A stretch of 64,000 nt of DNA from a bacterium. GTDB taxonomy: Bacteria; Bacteroidota; Bacteroidia; Bacteroidales; UBA932. Shown here one piece after another: positions 8,843 through 18,394 of this stretch. The DNA lies in contig CAVHPI010000001.1 in assembly GCA_963637965.1 (NCBI GenBank), positions 48,032-112,031 of the forward strand. Reading direction: 5' to 3'. Made by a program: the position numbers and the translations under genes. Positions within the stretch are counted from its first letter, which is position 1, and each line of letters starts with the position of its first letter. The notes under the pieces were generated by a model. It saw only the letters and a list, made by a program, of their open reading frames with translations. It was not told where the DNA came from and ran no database searches.

Positions 8843-10669
8843 TTATGAAACGCTTTGTAATGAGCAAAGATGGGAATAAAGGCCGCCTTTTGCAAGCAGC
8901 GACTGATGGTTGCCCCGCTCCACGATCTCGCCGTTCTGCAGCACTATGATTTCGTCGGCATGCTGGATGGTGGAGAGCCTGTGGGCTATCACAAGCGAGG
9001 TGCGGTTCTGCATCAGGCGGGTAAGGGCGTCCTGCACCAGTCGCTCGCTCTCGGTGTCCAGGGCGGAGGTAGCCTCGTCCAAAATCAGCAGCGGGGGATT
9101 CTTGAGCACAGCGCGGGCTATTGCGATGCGCTGCCGCTGGCCTCCGGAGAGACGCGAGCCGCGGTCGCCGATGTTCGTCTGATACCCCTCGGGCATCGCG
9201 GAGATGAATTCGTCGGCATTGGCGATGCGCGCCGCCTCAATCACGTCGCTCTCGCTCACCCCCTCCATCCCGAAGGTTATATTATTGTATACGGTGTCGT
9301 TGAAAAGTATCGACTCCTGCGTCACAACCCCGAGCATCCGGCTGAGATCCGCAAGCCTGAGGTCGCGGACATCTGTGCCGTCTATCCTGATTGAGCCGCC
9401 CGTAACGTCCCAGAAGCGGGGTATAAGGTCGGCCAGGGTCGATTTTCCCGCCCCGGAAGGGCCCACGATGGCCACCGACTTCCCCTTGGGGATTGTAAAG
9501 CTGATGTTCTTGAGCACCGGCCCGTCGCCGTAGTCAAAGCTTACATTGTCAAACTCTATCTTGTCGCTGAAGACATTGAGCGGTTTTGCATCTGTCTTCT
9601 CGCGGATCTCATTCTCCGTGTCAAGAATAGCAAAGATGCGGGCGCCCGAAACCAGCCCCTTCTGAATGCTGGCATAGGCCGATGCGATGGCCTTGGTGGG
9701 CTCAAGCACCCTCCAGTAGAAGCCGATGTACACCACAAAGCTGGGCCAGCTCATTCCAAGCTGCCCTTTGAGGTTGAGCCATCCGCCGTAGAAGAGCACC
9801 AGCACCGCCACCGTGATTCCGAGGAACTCGGAGACGGGGGAGGCCAGCTCCTGGCGGTTGGAAATCGCCTGACTCACCTGTTTGTGCTGCAGGTTGTCCT
9901 TGCCGAACTGCCCCTCCACATACTTTTCCGCCCCGAAGGCCTTGATTATGCGCGAGCCGGAAATCGCCTCCTCAAAGCGGCTGGTGATGCGCCCCATCAA
10001 GCTCTGGGTAACGGTGGCCTCGCGCCGCAGGTTGTGGGTAATGCGGCTGATCACCAGTCCGGAAATCGGAATGGCAAAAATCGACACCAGCGTGAGCTTT
10101 GGCGACATGTAGAACAGCATTGCCAGAAAGCCTATCACCAGCAGCGGTTCCCGGAATATTATGTGGAAGCTGCTGGCCACGGTGTTCTGCACCTCGTTGA
10201 CATCGTTGCTGATGCTGGAGAGGATGTCGCCCTTGCGCTTGTCGCTGAAGTAGCCGATGTGCAGGGTTGCGATCTTGGCAAAGAGGTCGCGGCGGATGTT
10301 CATCATCAGCCTGGTCTTCATGCTCACCAGAATCCTCTGCGAGAGATAGCGGCAGATGTTGGAGAGCAGCGAGGCGCCGATGAGCGCCAGCGACACGAAC
10401 CACAGCCCGCGCATCACCCCACGGCTGGTGATGATGTCGCCAAGCAGATACTGGAACAGATCTTCAAAATACTGCACGCTGAGCGAGAATTCGGGTTTGA
10501 CTGTCGCCGCACTCACAGTTTCGGGCTCGAAGAGCACGGAGAGCACGGGGCCGATCAGGGCATAATTCGCTATCCCGAATATCACAGAGAGTATCGAGAG
10601 TGCCAGATAGCCGGGCCAGTAACGGCCATAGGGCTTTGCATACGAGAGTATCCGCTTGAATATAGACAT
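8843..10669 (-). CDS. ABC transporter permease/ATP-binding fusion (MsbA-like exporter)
   Basis: Six-TM N-terminal half. Walker A GPSGAGKST, signature LSGGQRQRIAIARA, Walker B LILDEATSALD. The start is placed at ATG 10669 (MSIFKRIL); the track start 10696 is upstream. Confidence 0.9.
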   Translation of the reverse strand: MSIFKRILSYAKPYGRYWPGYLALSILSVIFGIANYALIGPVLSVLFEPETVSAATVKPEFSLSVQYFEDLFQYLLGDIITSRGVMRGLWFVSLALIGASLLSNICRYLSQRILVSMKTRLMMNIRRDLFAKIATLHIGYFSDKRKGDILSSISNDVNEVQNTVASSFHIIFREPLLVIGFLAMLFYMSPKLTLVSIFAIPISGLVISRITHNLRREATVTQSLMGRITSRFEEAISGSRIIKAFGAEKYVEGQFGKDNLQHKQVSQAISNRQELASPVSEFLGITVAVLVLFYGGWLNLKGQLGMSWPSFVVYIGFYWRVLEPTKAIASAYASIQKGLVSGARIFAILDTENEIREKTDAKPLNVFSDKIEFDNVSFDYGDGPVLKNISFTIPKGKSVAIVGPSGAGKSTLADLIPRFWDVTGGSIRIDGTDVRDLRLADLSRMLGVVTQESILFNDTVYNNITFGMEGVSESDVIEAARIANADEFISAMPEGYQTNIGDRGSRLSGGQRQRIAIARAVLKNPPLLILDEATSALDTESERLVQDALTRLMQNRTSLVIAHRLSTIQHADEIIVLQNGEIVERGNHQSLLAKGGLYSHLCSLQSVS

Positions 10670-10748
10670 CAGCTTTTGATTGCCAAAACGCAGCATGTCA
10701 GCATTTCACCGGCACACTGCGTTTGTATTGGTAGTGTTGTTTTACAAA

Positions 10749-11468
10749 TTATTTTTCCTCGGCCTCTTTCTCAACGTAAGGGAGAACCTTGTGCAGCTCG
10801 ACCTTGAACTTGAGAGTCTGGTTGGGGCCCATGGGGCCGTTCATGCCGTAAGCCATATCGGAAGGAATCCAGAGAGTGACCTCGCTGCCCTCGTCGCAGA
10901 ACTTGAGACCCTTGGTCCAGCCTTCGATTACGCGGTCGAGAGGGAAAGAAACGGTGTCCTGGCGCTCATAAGAGGAGTCGAACACCTTGCCGTCGAGAGT
11001 GGAACCCTCGTAGCTTACCATTACGGTATCCTTGTCGTTGGTGGGGAACACGCCGTTACCCTTGCGGACAACCATATACTGCAGACCCTCGAAAGTGGAC
11101 TCAACACCCTCTACGGTTACGTTCTTTGCAAGGAACTCCTCGCCTTTCTGCTTGTTGACCTGCGCCATGATCTCGCCGCGCTCGCGCATGAACTTCATCA
11201 TCTGCTGGCTCACGAACATCTGGTTGAGCTCGGGATTGTCACCCTTGAGGGCTTCCTTGAAGCCGCGGACCACCTCTTTGTAGTTCATGTCACCGAGATT
11301 GTTGCTCAGGATTGCCTGTGCATAGAAAACGCCGAGCGCATAGCTGGCGGTGTCCACGGATGCCTTGGAGAGGCCTTCGGGCTGCGGTTCTACAGAGGGA
11401 ACATTGCAGCAGGATACACCCATAAGTGCAACCAGCGCGCTAAGGGCAATTACTTTAATGGATTTCAT
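10749..11468 (-). CDS. FKBP-type peptidyl-prolyl cis-trans isomerase, lipoprotein-type signal
   Basis: Signal MKSIKVIALSALVALMGVSCC. C-terminal FKBP domain VSYEGSTLDGKVFDSS...VIEGWTKGL...LWIPSDMAYG. Confidence 0.9.
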   Translation of the reverse strand: MKSIKVIALSALVALMGVSCCNVPSVEPQPEGLSKASVDTASYALGVFYAQAILSNNLGDMNYKEVVRGFKEALKGDNPELNQMFVSQQMMKFMRERGEIMAQVNKQKGEEFLAKNVTVEGVESTFEGLQYMVVRKGNGVFPTNDKDTVMVSYEGSTLDGKVFDSSYERQDTVSFPLDRVIEGWTKGLKFCDEGSEVTLWIPSDMAYGMNGPMGPNQTLKFKVELHKVLPYVEKEAEEK

Positions 11469-11516
11469 CTTTTTAAAATATTTTTTGTAACTTTATAAAA
11501 CGCTTATTGTGAAGCG

Positions 11517-11524
11517 CAAATATA
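11517..11524 (-). promoter_or_regulatory. Candidate -7 box (TATATTTG) for the FKBP gene
   Basis: The minus-strand reading TATATTTG matches the Bacteroides TAnnTTTG consensus, about 48 nt upstream of ATG 11468. Confidence 0.4.
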
Positions 11525-11581
11525 CTCATTATTTACCAAAACAAACATCCGCGCTGTCAAGTTTTTTTTGTCAAGTTGATT

Positions 11582-11614
11582 TTTGGGGATATTTTTGATA
11601 GCTGGTTAGTTTTG
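11582..11614 (+). promoter_or_regulatory. Candidate recQ promoter (-33 TTTG, -7 TAGTTTTG)
   Basis: TTTG at 11582-11585, a 21-nt spacer, then TAGTTTTG at 11607-11614, 13 nt before ATG 11628. Confidence 0.45.
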
Positions 11615-11627
11615 CGAACGATTGATT

Positions 11628-13835
11628 ATGGCTATAGACAAAGACGAATTACACTCCCGGCTTAAGACATTTTTCGGCTTTGACTCCTTTAAAGGCAATC
11701 AGGAGGAGATCATAACCCACTTGATGAACGGCGGCGACGCCTTTGTGCTGATGCCCACAGGGGGCGGCAAATCTCTCTGCTACCAGCTGCCCGCCCTCTG
11801 CCTGCCCGGCTGCGCGATTGTAATCTCCCCCCTGATAGCCCTTATGAAGAATCAGGTGGACGCAATGCGCGAGTTCGTGCACAGCGAGAACAGCACCGCC
11901 ATAGCCCACTTCCTGAATTCGTCGCTCAACAAGAGCCAGATACAGCAGGTGCGCGCCGACCTTGCCAGCGGCCTTACCAAACTGCTGTACGTGGCCCCCG
12001 AATCGCTCACCAAAGAGGAGAACGTGACGATGCTCAAGAGCATCAAGATCTCTTTCTACGCCATAGACGAGGCACACTGCATCTCCGAGTGGGGGCACGA
12101 CTTCCGCCCGGAATACCGCCGCATCAACGAGATTGTGGACCAGATCGGGCGGGCGCCCATGATCGCCCTCACCGCCACCGCCACCCCCAAGGTGCAGAGC
12201 GACATCCAGAAGAATCTGGGTATGACCGACGCCAAGGTGTTCAAATCATCCTTCAACCGTCCCAATCTCTATTACGAGATAAGGGAGAAGACCGACGCCA
12301 AGCGAGAAATCATCAAATTCATAAAGGAGAATCCCGGCAAGAGCGGCATCATCTACTGCCTGAGCCGCAAGAAGGTGGAGGAGCTCGCGGAGCTGCTCAA
12401 CGTGAACGGCATCAAGGCGCGCCCCTACCACGCCGGCCTGGACGCCGCCACCCGCGCCGCCAACCAGGACGACTTTCTGATGGAGCGGGTAGATGTAATT
12501 GTGGCCACCATCGCCTTCGGAATGGGCATCGACAAACCCGACGTCCGCTTTGTGATACACTATGACGTCCCCAAGAGCCTGGAGGGCTACTACCAGGAGA
12601 CGGGGCGCGCCGGCCGCGACGGCGGCGAGGGCAAGTGCATCACATTCTACAACCCCAAGGATATCCAGAAGCTGGAGAAGTTCATGCAGGGCAAGCCCAT
12701 TTCCGAGCAGGAGATAGGCAAGCAGCTGCTGCTGGACGTGGTCTCCTATGCCGAGAGCAACCAGTGCCGGCGCAAGATTCTGCTGAACTATTTCGGCGAG
12801 GACTACAGCGAGGAGAACTGCGGCTGCTGCGACAACTGCCTCTCCCCCAAGGAGCAGTTCGACGGAGAGCAGGACATGCTCTACGTGATGGAGCTGATAC
12901 GCTCGCTCAAGGAGAATTTCAAGACCGAATATCTGGCGGAGATCCTCTCCGGCGTGAACAACTCAATAATAAAGTCATACAACCACCACAAGCATCCGCT
13001 GTTCGGCATCAGGAAGGACCACGACCCCCGCTTCTGGGCGGCAGTAATCCGGCAGGGGCTGGTGCTGCACCTGCTTGACAAGGACATCGACCGCTACGGC
13101 CTGATCACCGTCACAGACAAGGGGCTGGAGTTTATGGAGAAGCCCTACCCCATCATGCTCACGCGAGAGCGCACCTTTGCCGAGTGCGACGACGATGACG
13201 ACGACGCCTCGCTCACCCGCGTCAAGCCCAATCCCGGCAGCGGCGGCGACCCCATCCTGCTCTCGATTCTGAAGGAGGAACGGCGCAAGCTGGCCGCACA
13301 GAAGAAGCTGCCGCCGTGGGTAATCTTCTCCGACCCGTCGCTTATGGACATGTCCATACTCTACCCCGTCACGCTGGAGGAGCTGCACCACTGTCAGGGA
13401 GTCGGCGAGGGCAAGGCCCGCAAGTTCGGCGCCCCGTTCATCAAGGTCATCGCCCGCTATGTGGAGGAGAACGACATCCTGCGCCCCACGGACATCGTGA
13501 TACGCAACGTCGCCAGCAAATCTTCCAACAAGGCCTACATAATCACCAGCATAGACCGCAAGGTCCCCTTCGAGGACATCTGCAAGGCCAAGGACATGGA
13601 TATGAACGAACTGCTGGACGACATCGAGTCGCTGGTCAACTCAGGCACACGGCTCAACATCGACTACTACATCCACAGCGCAGTGGACCCTGACGACATG
13701 GACGACATCTTCACTTATTTTAAGGAGGAGGCCCACAGCGATTCGGTGGACGAGGCGATGCGCGATTTGGGAGACTACGACGAAACACAGGTGCGTCTGG
13801 TGCGCATCAAGTTCATCTCCGAAATCGGAAACTAA
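11628..13835 (+). CDS. recQ: ATP-dependent DNA helicase RecQ
   Basis: ATG 11628 (the track starts at TTG 11622). PTGGGKS, DEAHCISEWGHDFRP, zinc-binding CRRK...CGCCDNC, and a C-terminal HRDC-like region (PPWVIFSD...L). Confidence 0.95.
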   Translation: MAIDKDELHSRLKTFFGFDSFKGNQEEIITHLMNGGDAFVLMPTGGGKSLCYQLPALCLPGCAIVISPLIALMKNQVDAMREFVHSENSTAIAHFLNSSLNKSQIQQVRADLASGLTKLLYVAPESLTKEENVTMLKSIKISFYAIDEAHCISEWGHDFRPEYRRINEIVDQIGRAPMIALTATATPKVQSDIQKNLGMTDAKVFKSSFNRPNLYYEIREKTDAKREIIKFIKENPGKSGIIYCLSRKKVEELAELLNVNGIKARPYHAGLDAATRAANQDDFLMERVDVIVATIAFGMGIDKPDVRFVIHYDVPKSLEGYYQETGRAGRDGGEGKCITFYNPKDIQKLEKFMQGKPISEQEIGKQLLLDVVSYAESNQCRRKILLNYFGEDYSEENCGCCDNCLSPKEQFDGEQDMLYVMELIRSLKENFKTEYLAEILSGVNNSIIKSYNHHKHPLFGIRKDHDPRFWAAVIRQGLVLHLLDKDIDRYGLITVTDKGLEFMEKPYPIMLTRERTFAECDDDDDDASLTRVKPNPGSGGDPILLSILKEERRKLAAQKKLPPWVIFSDPSLMDMSILYPVTLEELHHCQGVGEGKARKFGAPFIKVIARYVEENDILRPTDIVIRNVASKSSNKAYIITSIDRKVPFEDICKAKDMDMNELLDDIESLVNSGTRLNIDYYIHSAVDPDDMDDIFTYFKEEAHSDSVDEAMRDLGDYDETQVRLVRIKFISEIGN

Positions 13836-14689
13836 AGATTTATCCAGTTGATTGAAGAATCCCTGCGCCAGTAGGTCATCTGCTTTTTGGCGTAGTGACG
13901 GCTGTTGCGCTGAATCAGGCGCACCGCCTCTTCCAGAGGATACTCCCCATCGAAATATGCGAACAGCTCCCGGTAGCCCACGGTGTTGAGAGCCGGCAGG
14001 GCGCGGTATTGCACCAGCGAACGCGCCTCCGCCTCCAGGCCGCTTTTCATCATCACCTCAACCCTGCGGTCGATGCGCCCGTAGAGGACTTCGCGGGGGC
14101 GGACAAGTCCGATTTTTTCGATTTCGAAGGGGCGGCGCCGGCTCTGCGCCCGTTTGAAGGAGGAGAAGGGACGGCCGGTCTGCAGCGTCACCTCCAGGGC
14201 CCGCACCACCCGCTGCCGGTTGCTCAGGTCCAAGGAGCGGTAGCTCTCGGGGTCCAGCTCCAGCAGCTGGCTCTGCAACGCCCCTATCCCCTCGCTCTCA
14301 AGGCGGGCGTCGAGGCTGGCGCGCAGCTGCAGGTCGGCGGGCGGGAAATCGTCCAGCCCGTTGCACAGGGCGTCGATGTAGAATCCGGAGCCCCCGGCCA
14401 TCACCAGGGTGTCGCGGGTTTTGAATAGTTCCTGCAGCAAGTCCAAAGCCTCCAGCTCAAACTTTCCGGCGGTGTAGTGCTCAGTGACCGAATGGGTGGC
14501 GATGAAATAATGGCGCACCGCCGCCATCTGTTCGCGGCTCGGGCGGGCGACGCCGATGTCCATCTCCCGGAAAATCTGGCGGGAGTCGCAGTTGATTATG
14601 GGCGAACCGAGTTCTTTTGCCTTTTCAATGGCAAAGTCGCTCTTGCCGACCGCGGTCGGACCCAATATGATCAGCAGCTTCTTACTCAA
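13832..14689 (-). CDS. miaA: tRNA dimethylallyltransferase
   Basis: A TTG at 14687-14689 gives (M)SKKLLIILGPTAVGKS, the canonical MiaA N-terminus. It overlaps the stop of the upstream gene (cTTGAGTAAg). The track's 80-aa Thr/Arg-rich extension to 14929 is the +1 frame of the upstream gene's acidic tail. Confidence 0.9.
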   Translation of the reverse strand: MSKKLLIILGPTAVGKSDFAIEKAKELGSPIINCDSRQIFREMDIGVARPSREQMAAVRHYFIATHSVTEHYTAGKFELEALDLLQELFKTRDTLVMAGGSGFYIDALCNGLDDFPPADLQLRASLDARLESEGIGALQSQLLELDPESYRSLDLSNRQRVVRALEVTLQTGRPFSSFKRAQSRRRPFEIEKIGLVRPREVLYGRIDRRVEVMMKSGLEAEARSLVQYRALPALNTVGYRELFAYFDGEYPLEEAVRLIQRNSRHYAKKQMTYWRRDSSINWINL

Positions 14690-15242
14690 GAGTGTCGTCT
14701 TCAAGGCCGCCGTCGTAGATCTCGGCGCCGTCCTCGTCGTCATTCTCCTCATCCTCGTCGTCGAGATCGTCATCGTCTGCATCGTCTTCTTCTGCAGCGG
14801 CGCTCGAGGCGGGCTTGAGGGGCTTCTCGTAGAGGTAGTCCTCATACTTGTCGGCAAACTGCGAGGGGTTGTGCCCCTTCTCGCCGATGATTGCGGGGTA
14901 GTCCAGACGGTGATTCTCGGGGATTTCACCCTCCAGAGAGAGGATTATGGCCCTTTTGGTCTTGAGGTCGTAAACCAGCTCGATGCGCTGATACTCGGCG
15001 TCGAAGACATCTTTGAAGGTAATTTTATCTATAGTGCCGCTGCCCAGGTCAAAGAGGCCGTACTGCGCCTTGAGGGTGCCTTTTGCGTCGTATGCCTTGT
15101 AAATCACCATCTGGTCGCAGGAAAATCCGAGTTCGGTGAGAAAATAGCGGTTGAACCTGAAAAGGTTCATATCGGAGGAGACTGCCACCTCGCGCATAAA
15201 TATCTTGCTGATAGGGATGGTGGCCTTTATCTTATAAATCAT
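14682..15242 (-). CDS. Hypothetical protein with poly-acidic C-terminal tail, possibly pRiA4b ORF-3-like (PRiA4_ORF3) fold
   Basis: The start is taken at ATG 15242 (MIYKIKATIP...). The N-terminal pattern IYKIKATI...MREVAVSSDMNLFRFNRYFLTELGF resembles PRiA4_ORF3-type proteins from memory. The last ~45 aa are Asp/Glu-rich (EEDDADDDDLDDEDEENDDEDG). Confidence 0.4.
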   Translation of the reverse strand: MIYKIKATIPISKIFMREVAVSSDMNLFRFNRYFLTELGFSCDQMVIYKAYDAKGTLKAQYGLFDLGSGTIDKITFKDVFDAEYQRIELVYDLKTKRAIILSLEGEIPENHRLDYPAIIGEKGHNPSQFADKYEDYLYEKPLKPASSAAAEEDDADDDDLDDEDEENDDEDGAEIYDGGLEDDTLE

Positions 15243-15307
15243 GTGGAATCCGTGTTCTTTTATAACCTTGCAAAAGTACAAAAAATGGCTTACATTCGCA
15301 ATTCAGA

Positions 15308-15922
15308 ATGAACCCCGGGCAACACTTGGCCACAGATTGCTACAAAAGCATCAGCTCCCCCTCCAAAGGTCTCTATAAAGACAAGGGGAGCAAGTTCATC
15401 TCTTTCGCTTTTCCGGTGGAGAGCGAGTCGCAGGCCCGGGAGATAATCGCAAACATTAAAAAGGAGTACTTCGACGCCCGGCACCACTGCTATGCATGGC
15501 GCATCGGGGCGGGCGGAGAGCAGTGGCGCGCCAGCGACGACGGCGAGCCCTCCGGCACCGCAGGCCGCCCCATCCTGGGGCAGATGCTCTCGGGCTCTCT
15601 CAGCGACATGCTGATTGTGGTGGTCCGCTACTTCGGCGGAATTCTGCTGGGGACGTCGGGGCTCATTGTGGCCTACCGCTCGGCCGCCGCTGACGCCATA
15701 GCGAACGCCGCCATAGTGGAGAAAACCGCCACCGAGCGCTACGAGATAAGTTTCGACTACTCTCAGATGAACGCCGTGATGAAGTATCTCAAAGAGCAGC
15801 GTCTGGCGCCTCTCAACCCGCAGTGGGGCTCGCAGTGCACCCTGCAGACCTGCGTCCCCCTCTCCCGCACGGGGCAATTTCTGGAATCAATGCAAAAAAT
15901 CTGTATATGCCGAAAAGTCTGA
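15308..15922 (+). CDS. YigZ/IMPACT family (UPF0029) protein
   Basis: [14 protein letters not shown]...HHCYAWRIG...[14 protein letters not shown]...[12 protein letters not shown], the classic YigZ N-terminal domain. Confidence 0.85.
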   Translation: MNPGQHLATDCYKSISSPSKGLYKDKGSKFISFAFPVESESQAREIIANIKKEYFDARHHCYAWRIGAGGEQWRASDDGEPSGTAGRPILGQMLSGSLSDMLIVVVRYFGGILLGTSGLIVAYRSAAADAIANAAIVEKTATERYEISFDYSQMNAVMKYLKEQRLAPLNPQWGSQCTLQTCVPLSRTGQFLESMQKICICRKV

Positions 15923-16812
15923 TATCAATCCGCGATTTCTCCAAAGAGGAGATTCTGCACATACTCTCCATCGCCCGCGAGATGGAAGAGCGCGGCAGCC
16001 AGAAGCTGCTGGAGGGCAAGGTGGTCGCCTGCCTGTTCTTTGAGCCGTCGACCCGCACCCGCCTCAGCTTTGAGACGGCCGCCAACCGCCTCGGCGCCCG
16101 CGTCATCGGCTTCAGCGACGTGGCCAACACCAGCATCAGCAAGGGCGAGACCCTCAAGGACACCATCAAGATGGTCTCCAACTATGTTGACATCATTGTG
16201 ATGCGCCATCCGCTGGAGGGGGCCGCCCGTTATGCCAGCGAGGTGTGCGACATCCCGGTGGTGAACGCCGGCGACGGCGCCAACCAGCACCCCAGCCAGA
16301 CACTGCTGGACCTCTACACAATCCTGGAGACCCAGGGGAGGCTCAACGATGTCACCATCAACATGGTGGGCGACCTCAAATACGGCCGCACGGTGCACTC
16401 GCTGCTGCAGGCCCTCTCGCTCTTCGACCCCAAGTTCATATTCACCGCCCCCGACGAGCTCAAGATGCCAGTCGAATACAAGGAGTTCCTTGAGCGCCGC
16501 GGCATCCCCTACACCGAGACCGCCTCGCTCAAGGAGCATCTGAACAACTGCGACATCCTCTATATGACCCGCGTGCAGCAGGAGCGCTTCTCCGACCCCA
16601 TGGAATACGAGAAGGTGAAGGATGTCTACCGGCTGGAGCGCGCAATGCTGGAGGGAGTGCGCGGCAACATGAAGATTCTGCACCCCCTGCCCCGCGTGGG
16701 CGAAATCGCGGAGGATGTGGACGACACCCCCTACGCATATTTCTATAAACAGGCAGAGAACGGCATGTATGTCCGTATGGCCATCATCGCCTATCTGCTG
16801 GGTTACAAATAA
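15907..16812 (+). CDS. pyrB: Aspartate carbamoyltransferase catalytic subunit
   Basis: The start is taken at ATG 15907 ([16 protein letters not shown]). STRTR, HPSQ and HPLPR motifs. Overlaps the yigZ-like gene by 16 nt. Confidence 0.95.
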   Translation: MPKSLISIRDFSKEEILHILSIAREMEERGSQKLLEGKVVACLFFEPSTRTRLSFETAANRLGARVIGFSDVANTSISKGETLKDTIKMVSNYVDIIVMRHPLEGAARYASEVCDIPVVNAGDGANQHPSQTLLDLYTILETQGRLNDVTINMVGDLKYGRTVHSLLQALSLFDPKFIFTAPDELKMPVEYKEFLERRGIPYTETASLKEHLNNCDILYMTRVQQERFSDPMEYEKVKDVYRLERAMLEGVRGNMKILHPLPRVGEIAEDVDDTPYAYFYKQAENGMYVRMAIIAYLLGYK

Positions 16813-16824
16813 AGGATTCAGGTT

Positions 16825-17289
16825 ATGTCAGAAAACAACACACAGCTCAAAGTGAGCGCCATCAAGGACGGCACCGTGCTGGACCACATCCCGGCGCAGA
16901 ACATATTCCAGATCATAGACATTCTGGACCTCACCAAATCTTCCAGCCCCGTGACCATCGGCATAAACCTGGAGAGCAAATCTCTGGGGCGCAAGGGGAT
17001 AATCAAGATTTCCGACCGTTTTTTCTCTGACGGAGAGCTGGGACGCATAGCCCTGGCGGCCCGCGACGCAACGGTGAACATCATCCGCGACTACACCGTG
17101 GTGGAGAAGAAAAAGATTGAGATTCCCGACACGGTGGTGGGCATCGCCAAGTGTTCCAACCCGATGTGCGTGACCAACCACCAGAATATCACGACCCGCT
17201 TCAAAACTGTCAAAGAGTGCGAAAAAGTGAAACTATTGTGCCACTATTGCGAAAAAACAACCGAAGAATTTATACCTTTGAGGCATTAA
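16825..17289 (+). CDS. pyrI: Aspartate carbamoyltransferase regulatory subunit
   Basis: [17 protein letters not shown]-terminus, and a C-terminal zinc domain CSNPMC...CHYC. Confidence 0.95.
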   Translation: MSENNTQLKVSAIKDGTVLDHIPAQNIFQIIDILDLTKSSSPVTIGINLESKSLGRKGIIKISDRFFSDGELGRIALAARDATVNIIRDYTVVEKKKIEIPDTVVGIAKCSNPMCVTNHQNITTRFKTVKECEKVKLLCHYCEKTTEEFIPLRH

Positions 17290-17314
17290 TATAGGAACAT
17301 CAAACACCATTCAA

Positions 17315-18388
17315 ATGAAAAAAGCATACAACTTCAACGCCGGCCCTTGCGTACTGCCCAAGGTTGCCATCGAATCTGCAATCGACGCTCTCAAAGATTT
17401 CAAGAACACCGGAATGTCGGTGATCGAAGTCTCCCACCGCTCCAAGGAGTGGTCTGCCGTAATGGACGAGTGCCGATCTCTCTGGAAGGAGTTGCTGCAC
17501 ATCCCCGACACCCACGAAGTTCTGTTCCTGGGCGGCGGCGCATCCACACAGTTCCTCTGCGTCCCGATGAACTTCCTCGAGAAGAAGGCGGCTTATCTGG
17601 AGACTGGCGTCTGGGCCAAGAAGGCCTGCAAAGAGGCCAAAGGTCTTGGAGAAGCGGTCGCAGTGGCCTCTTCTGCCGACAAGACATACAGCTATATCCC
17701 CAAGGATTTCACAATCCCCGCTGATGCGGACTATTTCCACATCACCACCAACAATACAATCTACGGCACCGAGATCCGCAAGGACATCGACAGCCCCGTC
17801 CCCCTGATCGCCGACATGTCGTCAGACATAATGAGCCGCCCCGTGGACGTCTCCAAGTATGCCCTCATCTACGGCGGTGCGCAGAAGAACGTCGGCCCCG
17901 CCGGCGTCACCTTCGTGATTGTGCGCAAGGACGCCCTGGGCAAGGTGAGCCGCTACATTCCCACGATGCTCAACTACCAGACCCACATCGACGGCGAATC
18001 GATGTTCAACACCCCGCCCGTATTCTCCATCTTCGTGATGAACGAGACCCTCAAGTGGCTCAAGAGCATCGGCGGCGTAGAGGCCATTAACAAAATCAAC
18101 GTGCAGAAGGCGCAGATGCTCTACGACGAGATCGACCGCAACTCCCTGTTCGTGGGCACCGCAGCAAAGGAGGACCGCTCCATAATGAACGTTTGCTTCG
18201 TGATGAGCGAGGGCAACGAGGCTCTGCAGGACGAATTCCTCAACTTTGCCAAAGAGCGCGGCATGGTGGGCATCAAGGGTCACCGTTCGGTGGGCGGCTT
18301 CCGCGCATCGCTCTACAACGCCTGCCCCGTGGAGGCTGTAGAGGCGCTGGTTGCCTGCATGCAGGAATTTGAAAAACTTCACAAATAG
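17315..18388 (+). CDS. serC: Phosphoserine aminotransferase
   Basis: FNAGPCVLP...EVSHRSKEW...GGAQKN(V)GPAG pattern; 357 aa. Confidence 0.95.
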   Translation: MKKAYNFNAGPCVLPKVAIESAIDALKDFKNTGMSVIEVSHRSKEWSAVMDECRSLWKELLHIPDTHEVLFLGGGASTQFLCVPMNFLEKKAAYLETGVWAKKACKEAKGLGEAVAVASSADKTYSYIPKDFTIPADADYFHITTNNTIYGTEIRKDIDSPVPLIADMSSDIMSRPVDVSKYALIYGGAQKNVGPAGVTFVIVRKDALGKVSRYIPTMLNYQTHIDGESMFNTPPVFSIFVMNETLKWLKSIGGVEAINKINVQKAQMLYDEIDRNSLFVGTAAKEDRSIMNVCFVMSEGNEALQDEFLNFAKERGMVGIKGHRSVGGFRASLYNACPVEAVEALVACMQEFEKLHK

Positions 18389-18394
18389 AGAGCA

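Noticed and set aside
10687-10725. The hairpin AAACGCAG...CTGCGTTT between the FKBP gene and the ABC transporter gene as a terminator.
   Set aside because: It has only an 8-bp stem with a 23-nt loop, and a short U-run that is partly inside the stem. This is too weak to call. It may give partial attenuation at best.
13832-14929. The 365-aa version of miaA with a Thr/Arg-rich N-terminal extension overlapping the upstream gene by 248 nt.
   Set aside because: The extension is the +1 frame of the acidic tail of the upstream gene. A TTG at 14689 gives a canonical MiaA N-terminus with stop/start overlap.
15823-15906. N-terminal extensions in the ORF track for many genes: pyrB 15823, ROK 21904, adk 39986, obg 34352, purE 40422, murC 57143, unknown protein 35060, ABC 10696, ftsA 59321, xerC-like 32238, TonB-like 3949, recQ 11622.
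   Set aside because: In each case an internal ATG gives the family-typical N-terminus or signal peptide. The extension either overlaps the neighbouring gene or terminator, or starts at a non-ATG codon.
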